From the IMG/VR virus record IMGVR_UViG_3300028549_001137, positions 24,800-88,799 of that record: 64,000 nt of DNA. One strand, written 5' to 3'. A model generated the notes under the pieces. The model was given only the letters and a program-made list of their open reading frames with translations. It did not search any database and was not told the origin of the DNA. This DNA comes from a virus. Its lineage: Duplodnaviria > Caudoviricetes. A program made the position numbers and the translations under genes. Below are positions 30,758-39,431 of this stretch, one piece after another (within the stretch, counting starts at the first letter, position 1; each line of letters begins with the position of its first letter).

Positions 30758-31225
30758 ATGATGAGCATTAATTCTACTCTATTCTCTTTCGAAAATATTA
30801 ATATCGATGAAGGACTAATGAATGAGATATGGAGATTTAATCCTAACACTTTAGATAGTTTAACTGATATTACTGTAAGTAAATACTCAATAGCACTAGC
30901 GCAGTATTTAATATATTTCACCTCAGAAAGAAACAAAACAAAGGCTATTGTTGCTAAGAAGAAAATGTTTCTTGATTCATCTCTTTCTATAGCAATGGAC
31001 AAGGATATTCTTAAAAGATACAGTACTAAAAAAGATGCTACTGCTTTTATTGTGTCTACTAACAGAGACTTCGCAGTGATAGACCAACAGATAGAGGATT
31101 TACAAGAAGAACTAACCCGTTTGGATGGTATGGATAAGAGTATTAGTGAGCTTATTGCTACTTTTAAACGTGAACTTACACGACGAGAAAAAGAACTTTT
31201 TGCTATACGACAAGAACGTCACTAA
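30758..31225 (+). CDS. Helical hypothetical protein, possibly UvsY-like recombination mediator
   Basis: AAGGAGG SD before ATG 30758. About 155 aa, coiled-coil, and located between recA and the helicase. The UvsY resemblance is overall pattern only. Confidence 0.4.
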   Translation: MMSINSTLFSFENINIDEGLMNEIWRFNPNTLDSLTDITVSKYSIALAQYLIYFTSERNKTKAIVAKKKMFLDSSLSIAMDKDILKRYSTKKDATAFIVSTNRDFAVIDQQIEDLQEELTRLDGMDKSISELIATFKRELTRREKELFAIRQERH

Positions 31226-31340
31226 CGTTTAATGTACGTTATCCATCTTGGTAAGAGTGTTGCTGTAAATTGAGCACTCTACTACAATAACCTTATTAAC
31301 ACAAAAAAAGGAGAAGGGATTTCTCTGTGCGTATGACGGA

Positions 31341-32768
31341 GTGATATCTCTAATAACTATGAACTTAGAAATAAAAGAAAAATTTTGTAGGCCAGGAGAT
31401 GAGCGTACTATTTTATCCTATTGTTTTAGAAATATGGACTACTTCTATAGTCTGACTTCAAAAATCACAGAGATGGACTTTCTATACGACGACCATCAGA
31501 TGCTGTTTATGATGATGAAAAACTTAGTAGACCAGGGAGTTAAGTCTATAGACGTAGCAATGGTTATTAATCAAGCACAGGGGAGTGGAGTGTTAGATAT
31601 GCTTGGTGGTGCCGGTTACATTCAGTCAATAGGAAACATAGAATCTGCTAAAGATAATTTTGATAAATACCTGTCTAATGTTATAGAAGCAAGTGTTAAA
31701 TATCGAGCATATGTAACACTATCTCATCACATGAATACTTTGGTAGAAAATGCTCATGATGGTAAGAATAGTTCTGAGATGATATGTAGTATAGAGTCAG
31801 ATATGTTGGATATGACAACCAAATCTATAATGAATAACAATGACCCCATTAATTTAAAAGACTCGTTACATAGTTTTATTGAAGAGCGTAAGAACGCGGT
31901 TATTGGTATGACTGGTATTTCTTCTGGGTTCCCTATATTGGATAGGCAGATTGATGGTCTTATACCTGGAACATTATTAGTGGTCGCTGCCAGGAAAAAA
32001 ATGGGTAAGAGTACATTTCTAACCAATATAGGTTTAAATGCGGCGTACTCTCTTAATATACCCACGCTGTATATAGATACTGAGTTAACGTTTACTGAGT
32101 GGCGAACACGTGCACTGGCCAGACTTTCTGGCCTTAAAGAAAGGGACATTAAGCACGGCGGTTACACACAGGAACAGTGTAGTAAACTGGAGCGTTCAGA
32201 AAAGAAAATAGCTTCTGGTAGTATGTTTCATATGTATATGCCTGGGTATAGTGTTGATAAAGTTGTAGCTCTTTGTAAAAAGTACAAACTTAAAGAAGAC
32301 GTCGGTCTGATTATATTTGACTACCTTAAAGAACCGGACTTATCAACTACTGACGGTACTAGAAAAGAACATCAACTACTTGGTGATATAACTACAAAAC
32401 TTAAGGACTTAGCAGGTATATTAAATGTACCTGTAGTTACAGCGGTGCAGTTAAATAGGGCTAATGATATAGCAGATAGTGATAGGATAGCACGGTATGG
32501 TGATGTTATAGCACTGTGGGGACCAAGGACTGAGCCTGAGCGTATGAGGGGAGGAAAAGAGGTTGGAAACTATAAGTTAATCATTAAGGATACTCGTAGA
32601 GGAGGTAGTACAGGGGAGGAGGGTATAGGTTATTGGTTCTTTAAGGAGCAATTACATATTACAGAAGTTAATATACACTCTCAGTTTTTTATGAATAATC
32701 AGAGTGAGGTCTCTAATTATGATGACGCAGATAGTGAAAGATACGAACAAGAAATCGAAGTCTTTTGA
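31341..32768 (+). CDS. dnaB: Replicative DnaB-like (SF4) helicase
   Basis: SGFPILDRQIDGLIPGTLLVVAARKKMGKST, YIDTEL, IIFDYLK, VTAVQLNR. The start may be ATG 31359. Confidence 0.9.
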   Translation: MISLITMNLEIKEKFCRPGDERTILSYCFRNMDYFYSLTSKITEMDFLYDDHQMLFMMMKNLVDQGVKSIDVAMVINQAQGSGVLDMLGGAGYIQSIGNIESAKDNFDKYLSNVIEASVKYRAYVTLSHHMNTLVENAHDGKNSSEMICSIESDMLDMTTKSIMNNNDPINLKDSLHSFIEERKNAVIGMTGISSGFPILDRQIDGLIPGTLLVVAARKKMGKSTFLTNIGLNAAYSLNIPTLYIDTELTFTEWRTRALARLSGLKERDIKHGGYTQEQCSKLERSEKKIASGSMFHMYMPGYSVDKVVALCKKYKLKEDVGLIIFDYLKEPDLSTTDGTRKEHQLLGDITTKLKDLAGILNVPVVTAVQLNRANDIADSDRIARYGDVIALWGPRTEPERMRGGKEVGNYKLIIKDTRRGGSTGEEGIGYWFFKEQLHITEVNIHSQFFMNNQSEVSNYDDADSERYEQEIEVF

Positions 32769-33795
32769 TAATGAGATCCCTTTTAGGGATAGGATAGACG
32801 CTGTAAAACAATTAATAGTCCCCGCATATCTTTTGGAGCAACTAGGCTTTACCATAGACAGTGAATCGTCCAAAGAGATAAGATGCGCTTGCTTAGTTCA
32901 TGGTGGTGATAACACAACGTCTTTTAGGGTTAATAAAGAATTAAATACATGGGTATGTTTTAGTGCTCAGTGTCATCAGCAACACGGAAATGACTTTTTT
33001 GGGTTGGTAAGGGCTGTAAATAAGTGTAGTTTTATGGGTGCATTAGAGTATCTTGAAGAACTTACCGGAAGCAAAAATGTAAATAAAGAGAGTTTGATTA
33101 GGTTTAAACGCAAACGTGAACAGCAGGAATTTATAAGGCATAATGCGGCTCTTTCTGTAGAGAGACCTGCCATGGTGGACGAAACTAAGTTAAAGTATTA
33201 TAAACCATACAGGTCTCAATTTTTTATTGAGCAGGGGTTTACTTCGGAGGTCCTAGACTACTTCGATATTGCGGGCGGGTACAGTGATGCAGAAGGTATA
33301 ATTAGAGATATTATTCCTATAAGAGACGTCAAGGGTTCACTAGTTGCTTATAGTTTAAGAGATATAAGACCACACGCAGTTAGCACAGATAGGAAGTATA
33401 GACTCACGCCCGGTTTTGACAAAGATACTTGTTTATATAATTTAAATAACGCTAAACTATTTTCTGATGAAAAACCTATTATTGTAGTAGAGGGATTTAA
33501 ATCTGTATGGCGACTACACAGTATAGGTGTTGATAATGTAGTTGCTTGTATGGGGTCAGGAATAACCTCCGGGCAGGCTAATTTGTTGTGCACCTATGCT
33601 AATAAGGGGGTTGTGTTATTCTATGATAATGACATAGCCGGAGCGACTGCTGTAGGTAGAACATTGTCCTTATTAGAAGGGAAAATGAAAATTTATCTTG
33701 AAGTAATAACAGAGGTGGATGAACATGGTAAGGGTTTAGACCCAGCGGACCTTGATAAGGACCAATTAATGTATTATGTTAAGGATTATGTTTAA
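32719..33795 (+). CDS. dnaG: DNA primase (CHC2 zinc finger + TOPRIM)
   Basis: CACLVHGGDNTTSF..WVCFS..C zinc finger, IIVVEGFKSV and LFYDNDIAG TOPRIM motifs. GAGGT SD before ATG 32719, overlapping the helicase end. Confidence 0.9.
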   Translation: MMTQIVKDTNKKSKSFDNEIPFRDRIDAVKQLIVPAYLLEQLGFTIDSESSKEIRCACLVHGGDNTTSFRVNKELNTWVCFSAQCHQQHGNDFFGLVRAVNKCSFMGALEYLEELTGSKNVNKESLIRFKRKREQQEFIRHNAALSVERPAMVDETKLKYYKPYRSQFFIEQGFTSEVLDYFDIAGGYSDAEGIIRDIIPIRDVKGSLVAYSLRDIRPHAVSTDRKYRLTPGFDKDTCLYNLNNAKLFSDEKPIIVVEGFKSVWRLHSIGVDNVVACMGSGITSGQANLLCTYANKGVVLFYDNDIAGATAVGRTLSLLEGKMKIYLEVITEVDEHGKGLDPADLDKDQLMYYVKDYV

Positions 33796-33811
33796 TTAAA
33801 GGAGGAGGCTT

Positions 33812-34138
33812 ATGATAGAAGGGGAGAATTTTTGTGTGTTTGTTGGTAAATTGGTGAAACCTGTTTTTAATTTAGTTGGTGATGGTAATCATCCCATGTT
33901 AAAAGCAAGTTTAGCAATACCTACTGCTGACGGTGGCAAACAGTATATCAAGATAACGGCTTGGTATAATAATGCGGAAGCGCTCAATGAGGTAGGTACT
34001 AAGCAATTTGTTAAAATACATGCGCACATAGAAGAAAGTTCATTTGATGGTAAGTGTCGTCACTGTGGTGGGTCTGAGAAAAAGTATTGGACTACTGCCG
34101 TAGTAGATAATTTTGTAATTTTAAATGAGGAGGAATAG
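33812..34138 (+). CDS. ssb: Single-stranded DNA-binding protein-like OB-fold with a CxxC insert
   Basis: VFVGKLVKP..ASLAIPT..YIKITAWYNNAE..VKIHAHIEE..WTTAVVDNF follows the SSB strand pattern. AAGGAGG SD. Confidence 0.65.
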   Translation: MIEGENFCVFVGKLVKPVFNLVGDGNHPMLKASLAIPTADGGKQYIKITAWYNNAEALNEVGTKQFVKIHAHIEESSFDGKCRHCGGSEKKYWTTAVVDNFVILNEEE

Positions 34139-34140
34139 CC

Positions 34141-34476
34141 ATGCAAGAACAAACATATGAAGGACTACCCACAGCGTCGTTTTTACCTATCGCTAACGCG
34201 AGATTTAAAGTGGTAGACGAAATCAATATAAGTATTTCTAGACGAGGTGCTTATCATGACATTAATCCAGATTTATTTGATGCCGAGGCTGGAGAGTTTG
34301 ATATAATGAAAGGGGATGTACTCTATCTTCCTTCTATTACAAAAGTACTTTTGGCGGAAAATAAATATCCTCAACTAAAAGGTAATCAAATATTTACACC
34401 TTATGTAATAGTATTTAATAAGGACACCGTAGAGATACAAGGTAATATAATAGAGATTTTACAGATACAACAATAA
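34141..34476 (+). CDS. Hypothetical protein (111 aa)
   Basis: GAGGAGG SD; track ORF. Confidence 0.6.
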   Translation: MQEQTYEGLPTASFLPIANARFKVVDEINISISRRGAYHDINPDLFDAEAGEFDIMKGDVLYLPSITKVLLAENKYPQLKGNQIFTPYVIVFNKDTVEIQGNIIEILQIQQ

Positions 34477-34486
34477 GGAGTATAGT

Positions 34487-34630
34487 ATGGAGAATGAAAC
34501 TAATAATGGCACATTGTTGGACACTGTTCATAGATGTTTAATGTGTAATGCTATAGCGTATAAAATAAGTGACGGTGAGTTTGTGTGTAGTGTGTGTGGT
34601 TTTAAGTGGACAGTAGGTGGTCATGCCTAA
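34487..34630 (+). CDS. 47-aa zinc-ribbon protein (not in the ORF track)
   Basis: AAGGAG SD, ATG 34487. Translation MENETNNGTLLDTVHRCLMCNAIAYKISDGEFVCSVCGFKWTVGGHA with CxxC..CxxC. Its stop overlaps the next start. Confidence 0.7.
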   Translation: MENETNNGTLLDTVHRCLMCNAIAYKISDGEFVCSVCGFKWTVGGHA

Positions 34631-35171
34631 TAAATATACAGCAGGAGCCAACTTTAGAATCTTGAGTATGGATGTCTCAGCGTCTTCTACTGGTTGGTCT
34701 TTTCTGGATGGTGTTGATGGTAAGATTGAGTACGGTACTATTAAAACAAAATCAAATAAATCCACTGCTGAAAGACTTACTAACTTTAGGTCGGAGTTGC
34801 GGGTAATTTTGGATAAGCACAAACCTAGTGTTGTTGTTTTAGAGGACACCTTTATAGGTAAAAACCCTTCTGTTAATAAACTACTGTCTAAGTTTGGAGG
34901 GGTAGCAGAACAAACAGTGTTCGAGTACTGTAGTAATGTTCCTTATATTGTAAGCAATAAGAGTGTAAAAGCATTTTTTAAAGCTAAGTGTAAAGAGGAT
35001 ATGTTTGCCATAGTGGTGGACGTGTTGGAGTGGGACGTACGATCTCATCCGTTTAATAAATTTAATGACATAGTTGATTCTATAGGACAGTTAATGTATT
35101 GTTGCGACAGCACACTAGGAATCAAACAATTCAGATTGGAGTGTGATTATGGTTACAGATATCAAAGGTAG
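34623..35171 (+). CDS. ruvC: RuvC-like Holliday junction resolvase
   Basis: ILSMDVSASSTGWS, VVVLEDTF and DIVDSIG acidic catalytic motifs. Confidence 0.8.
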   Translation: MPNKYTAGANFRILSMDVSASSTGWSFLDGVDGKIEYGTIKTKSNKSTAERLTNFRSELRVILDKHKPSVVVLEDTFIGKNPSVNKLLSKFGGVAEQTVFEYCSNVPYIVSNKSVKAFFKAKCKEDMFAIVVDVLEWDVRSHPFNKFNDIVDSIGQLMYCCDSTLGIKQFRLECDYGYRYQR

Positions 35172-35487
35172 TATATTAGCACATGCGACCAGGGAGAATG
35201 TAAAGCTTGAGATGCTGGATGTTTTTATGGAGTTTGCGGGTAAAGAAGGTGTAACGTTTACCAATAAACAGAAAGATTTTATTTTGGACCGTACCGATGC
35301 ATTAGTAGATATGTACGACGTTTCTGTGAAGTATAGGAAGATGAACATTCAAGACGCTAGTGGTGGAGTAATACATGAGGTAGTTGTAGAAGATGATGTG
35401 TCTAGAATAGTTAAGTTGTTCAGAGTAAGCATAGCTAAAATGATATTTCATATCATACGTTTAGATTTAGCTAATAAATTTCATTGA
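35149..35487 (+). CDS. Hypothetical protein
   Basis: GGAG SD before ATG 35149; overlaps the RuvC end. Confidence 0.55.
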   Translation: MVTDIKGSILAHATRENVKLEMLDVFMEFAGKEGVTFTNKQKDFILDRTDALVDMYDVSVKYRKMNIQDASGGVIHEVVVEDDVSRIVKLFRVSIAKMIFHIIRLDLANKFH

Positions 35488-35511
35488 CATTTAATAATAG
35501 ATGCTTAGATT
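35484..35511 (+). promoter_or_regulatory. Promoter TTGACA-N16-TAGATT; the -35 box contains the upstream stop codon
   Basis: Read directly. Precedes the exonuclease gene at 35559. Confidence 0.6.
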
Positions 35512-35558
35512 TGGTACATAGGAAAGATGTTCAATAATATAATTAAATAGGAGATATT

Positions 35559-36716
35559 ATGGCAAAGGAAGTTAAAATTAGTGCTACAAGAATAAGTTCA
35601 TTTCTAAGGTGTAAACAGAAGTATTGGTTTCAGTATAAACAATATCTTCCAAAACTATCAAATCCAGCATTTAAGTTAGGTATCGCCTGTCATGAATCAT
35701 TGGAGTTGGCAGGCCGTATTTGGAAAGATAACGGTGAGATCACCAAGGAAGATCATAAAGCGATCCTTGATTTGTACAACGAGATATCTGTTCGGGAGGG
35801 TGTGGAAGAGATGGAGGTACATGCCTTAGGACGAGAACTTGTTACAACAAGAATCAGTAATTTTGACATGGGCAAAAAGATAATTAGTTTAGAAGAGAAG
35901 TTTGGTTTTCCAAACAGCCAACACCCTGAACTTAAGACTGCTTATGGGGTACCTTTGATAGGGGCAATGGATAAGGTAATAGAATTTGATGAGGACACTC
36001 TGATAGTAGTTGACTATAAAACGTCTAAAACAGCACCAACTCCAGAGCAACTTGGGGCAGACCTACAGTTGTCATTATATGATGTGGTGGCAGGGATGTT
36101 GTATCCTCAGTATAAAAGAATCATTTTATGTTTAGATATGTTAAAATCAGAGCCTGTGTATACATATAGAACACCAGAACAACGCAAAGATTTTGACGCT
36201 TATCTGGCTGTTGTACATAAAGCAATGGTTGATTTCGAAGATAAGGATGCTCTTCCGAGTTTAAATGTGTTCTGTCCTTGGTGTGATTTTAAGGACTACT
36301 GTGACACTTATAAAAAAGCGTGTTCTAATAAAGATTATGATTTTATGCCTGTGGCTAATTATACCAACGAACAACTTATATCTGAGTGGGAGCAGATAAG
36401 TAACACTTCAAAAATACTTGAGACCAGAAAGCGTGAACTGTCGATGGTGATCATGGAAAAAATAAAGAACGCTGGTACAGATTTGAGTGGTGGTGATAAG
36501 CAAGCGTATATTAGACAAAGCGCGAGAACTAATTATGATACTAAGGCTATTCAGGCCCTTGTCCCTCCTGCTGATTTTGGAAACATGGTAACAATTAAGA
36601 AATCAGATGTTGATAGTTACTGTGAAAAACACCCTAAGATAAAAAAAGAGGTGTTAAAGAATGCTGTTACAAACTTTTCATCTCCGTTCCTGGCAACCAG
36701 GAAAATTAAAAAATAG
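35559..36716 (+). CDS. PD-(D/E)XK Cas4/RecB/AddB-like exonuclease with four-Cys metal staple
   Basis: ISATRISSFLRCKQKY, LIGAMDKV, VVDYKTSK, QLSLY, CPWCDFKDYC. Confidence 0.85.
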   Translation: MAKEVKISATRISSFLRCKQKYWFQYKQYLPKLSNPAFKLGIACHESLELAGRIWKDNGEITKEDHKAILDLYNEISVREGVEEMEVHALGRELVTTRISNFDMGKKIISLEEKFGFPNSQHPELKTAYGVPLIGAMDKVIEFDEDTLIVVDYKTSKTAPTPEQLGADLQLSLYDVVAGMLYPQYKRIILCLDMLKSEPVYTYRTPEQRKDFDAYLAVVHKAMVDFEDKDALPSLNVFCPWCDFKDYCDTYKKACSNKDYDFMPVANYTNEQLISEWEQISNTSKILETRKRELSMVIMEKIKNAGTDLSGGDKQAYIRQSARTNYDTKAIQALVPPADFGNMVTIKKSDVDSYCEKHPKIKKEVLKNAVTNFSSPFLATRKIKK

Positions 36717-36747
36717 TCCAACGTGTGTCAAGTAATTTAATCGTCGT

Positions 36748-36793
36748 GTACCACTCTTGTAATTCTAAAGTAGTCAAGGGTAGTGAGTGGTAC
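36748..36793. repeat. 9-bp inverted repeat GTACCACTC..GAGTGGTAC with a 28-nt spacer upstream of the first glycosyltransferase
   Basis: Arms at 36748-36756 and 36785-36793. Confidence 0.5.
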
Positions 36794-36852
36794 TCATAAT
36801 GGTATCAAATGATACTAACTAAAAAATATAACTATCAAAAGGGGAATTAATT

Positions 36853-39369
36853 ATGGCAAAAAAAAGTAAGTCAGTAACTAAAAAAATTAAGGTTTTGATG
36901 TATTGCGACGCACCAAGTTCAGCTACTGGATTTTCTACAGTGTCACGTAATATATGTGAATCACTATATAAGACTGGTAGATATGAAATAGACGTGTTTG
37001 GTATTAATTATTGGGGAGACCCTCACTCTTTTCCTTGGAGGCAGTGGCCCGCAGGCACTAACCAAGATCGTGATCCGTATGGACGAAAGAAGTTCTTCAA
37101 TATGGCTCCACAGATGGAGTTTGATATTTTATTTCTTCTTCAAGACACATTTATACTTGAGTTCGTTCCTCAGTTAATTTCACATCTAAAAAGTGAAGGA
37201 AAAACATTTAAATCTATCTGTTATTTTCCAGTGGATGGTACTCCTAAAGAACAGTGGATTAAGAATGTTAATCCTGTGGATTACCTTATAGCATATACTC
37301 AGTTTGGTGCTACCCAAGCAAAACTTGCGTACCCAGATGTTCAAGATATGCGTATTATTCCTCATGGTGCTAATGTTTCAGACTACAGGCCTGTTCCTAA
37401 GGATGAAGTAGATAAGTTCAAAGCGATGTACTTTGGTAAACATGCTGATAAGTTTATTGTAACTAATGTAAATAGAAACCAACAAAGAAAAGATATTCCA
37501 AGAACTATATCCGCATTTAAGGAGTTTAGGAAGTCGGTTCCTAATTCTGTTTTATATCTACACATGGCATCGAAGGATCAGGGATGGGACTTAGAGAAAG
37601 TAGTAGCCTCATGTGGTTTAAATACTATGGATGATGTAATATTCCCAGAAAACTTTGGCCCTAACCAAGGGTATCCTAGGGAGGTAGTCAATCTTATATA
37701 TAACTCCTCCGATTTGGTAGTAAGTACCACCGTGGGTGAGGGATGGGGGTTATGCCTCCATGGGAGTACCAATGTTATGACTACCAATGGAAGCACTAAA
37801 ATTGGGGATGTCTCTGAAGGTGACAAAGTAATCCTCGGGGGTAAGACATATGATGTAAGAGGAGTATGTAACAGTCTTAAAGAAAGATCTTACAAAATTA
37901 AATTATATAATAATCAAGAACTTATAGTTAGTCCAGAACATAGAATACCAGTGGGAACGGGTGGATATAAGAATGCTTCAGACATAACTATTAATGATAA
38001 GTTGATTATTGATAAGGCAGTTCTTTATAGTGATACTGACTATACTTATGATATGTCAATATTCTCCAATGAGTCTGATGATAAACAAGTATGGAATAAG
38101 ATGGGATTTAGTCCAAAAAATGAAAACTCAATGACTACAATTATGGTACATACGGGAGAGACTAAAAAAATAGTTGAGACTGCTATAAAGGTTTTTCTTG
38201 ATGAAAAAAATAGTAATAGTGAAAGGGTAAATAGTGTAGTTGAATACTTAGATACTATCGATTATAGTAGGCCTTTAGTCAAGATTAATAGATATGTTGA
38301 TTTTACACCAGAGTTTGCTAGATTGTTAGGGTACTACGTGGCGGAAGGTAGTAATGAAAACGGCAAAGGAATAGAATTTTCATTTCATAGAACAGAAGAA
38401 AGTTATCATGCAGATGTAAAGTATCTTATGAATAAGTACTTTGGTGTGGATAGCATTGATAAGTTTATTGATAATAAGTGCGCTATAAGGTATAGGTCCT
38501 CTATACTTTCCATGTTTTTTGGAGGACTGTGTGGAGTTCATTCTCATAATAAGCATATCCCACTACTGTGTCTTCAGCACAGAGATAAAGCCTCTGAGTT
38601 TATTAAGGGATGTTGGAGGGGTGATGGTCATTTCGGAAATATAGAATTAGGCTATTCTACTTCGTCGGTTAAATTGAAAGAAGAACTTATGTGGTTATTA
38701 TCAGGGTTCAATATATTTTCAAAAGCTATTAGGGATGTAAGGGATAACTATAATATCTACGTTAATGGAGAAGACTACAATATTTTATCTAATTTAATAG
38801 GCCACAATAATGTACATAATACATACAAAGAGAGGAAATACCTAAGAAAAGAAGACGAATGTTTCATTTTAGATATAAAGAGTATAGAAAAATATGATTG
38901 TGCTGATGATATGTTCTATGATTTAAGTATTGACAGTAAAGAGCATTTTGTGGCTAACGGTATTGTTGTACATAATTCCTGGGTAGAGGCGATGGCTACT
39001 AAAACTCCCGTGCTTATGCCTAATAATACAGCCATGACAGAGCATATAACTGAGGATAAAGGTTACCTATCAGATAGTGGAAATTCTCCATCTCTGTATA
39101 CAGTACTTCCTCATGATAACGAGGTGATTAGGCCACTAGTAGATGTAGCGGATATGGCTAAGAAGATGGTACACATACATGATCACTACGATGAGGCTAT
39201 GGAGAAGGCTAATAGAGCCTACATTTGGGTAAAGACTGAACTAAATTGGCAAAACAAGATAGCAAGAGACTGGGTAGACTTGTTTGATAATGCGTATGAC
39301 GAACTTAACACTAAGCATGTTACTGTAGATGCTGAGGTGGACAAACTAATAAAGTCTGAAAGTTTCTAA
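36853..39369 (+). CDS. GT-B (GT4-like) glycosyltransferase interrupted by one intein (430 aa after splicing)
   Basis: SATGFSTVSRNI, IIPHG, NVNRNQQRKDIP, IYNSSDLVVSTTVGEGWGL|SWVEAMATKTPV (EX7E motif once the intein is removed). Confidence 0.9.
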   Translation: MAKKSKSVTKKIKVLMYCDAPSSATGFSTVSRNICESLYKTGRYEIDVFGINYWGDPHSFPWRQWPAGTNQDRDPYGRKKFFNMAPQMEFDILFLLQDTFILEFVPQLISHLKSEGKTFKSICYFPVDGTPKEQWIKNVNPVDYLIAYTQFGATQAKLAYPDVQDMRIIPHGANVSDYRPVPKDEVDKFKAMYFGKHADKFIVTNVNRNQQRKDIPRTISAFKEFRKSVPNSVLYLHMASKDQGWDLEKVVASCGLNTMDDVIFPENFGPNQGYPREVVNLIYNSSDLVVSTTVGEGWGLCLHGSTNVMTTNGSTKIGDVSEGDKVILGGKTYDVRGVCNSLKERSYKIKLYNNQELIVSPEHRIPVGTGGYKNASDITINDKLIIDKAVLYSDTDYTYDMSIFSNESDDKQVWNKMGFSPKNENSMTTIMVHTGETKKIVETAIKVFLDEKNSNSERVNSVVEYLDTIDYSRPLVKINRYVDFTPEFARLLGYYVAEGSNENGKGIEFSFHRTEESYHADVKYLMNKYFGVDSIDKFIDNKCAIRYRSSILSMFFGGLCGVHSHNKHIPLLCLQHRDKASEFIKGCWRGDGHFGNIELGYSTSSVKLKEELMWLLSGFNIFSKAIRDVRDNYNIYVNGEDYNILSNLIGHNNVHNTYKERKYLRKEDECFILDIKSIEKYDCADDMFYDLSIDSKEHFVANGIVVHNSWVEAMATKTPVLMPNNTAMTEHITEDKGYLSDSGNSPSLYTVLPHDNEVIRPLVDVADMAKKMVHIHDHYDEAMEKANRAYIWVKTELNWQNKIARDWVDLFDNAYDELNTKHVTVDAEVDKLIKSESF
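37753..38976 (+). mobile_element. Intein with LAGLIDADG endonuclease (408 aa) in glycosyltransferase 1
   Basis: Starts CLHGSTNV, block B SPEHRI, LLGYYVAEGS / KGCWRGDG, ends FVANGIVVHN followed by Ser+1. Confidence 0.92.
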
Positions 39370-39389
39370 TTGTAATCATTGGTATTTAC

Positions 39390-39412
39390 TGGGGGAAGAG
39401 CATCTTCCCCCA
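39390..39412 (+). terminator. GC-rich hairpin TGGGGGAAGA-gca-TCTTCCCCCA upstream of the ThyX-like gene (terminator or regulatory stem; no classic U-tract)
   Basis: 10-bp perfect stem. Near-identical to the hairpin at 58294-58312. Confidence 0.5.
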
Positions 39413-39431
39413 ATTAATCTGGAGAAAAATC

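Noticed and set aside
31226-31340. tRNA or structured ncRNA in the gap before the helicase (stem 31254-31280) or in other gaps
   Set aside because: Only a single 8-bp stem with an 11-nt loop is present, with no cloverleaf or T-loop motif. That is too weak to call.
35559-36716. Cas4-like nuclease as evidence of a CRISPR-Cas system
   Set aside because: I saw no repeat-spacer array and no other cas gene. Solo Cas4/RecB-like exonucleases are normal in phage recombination modules.
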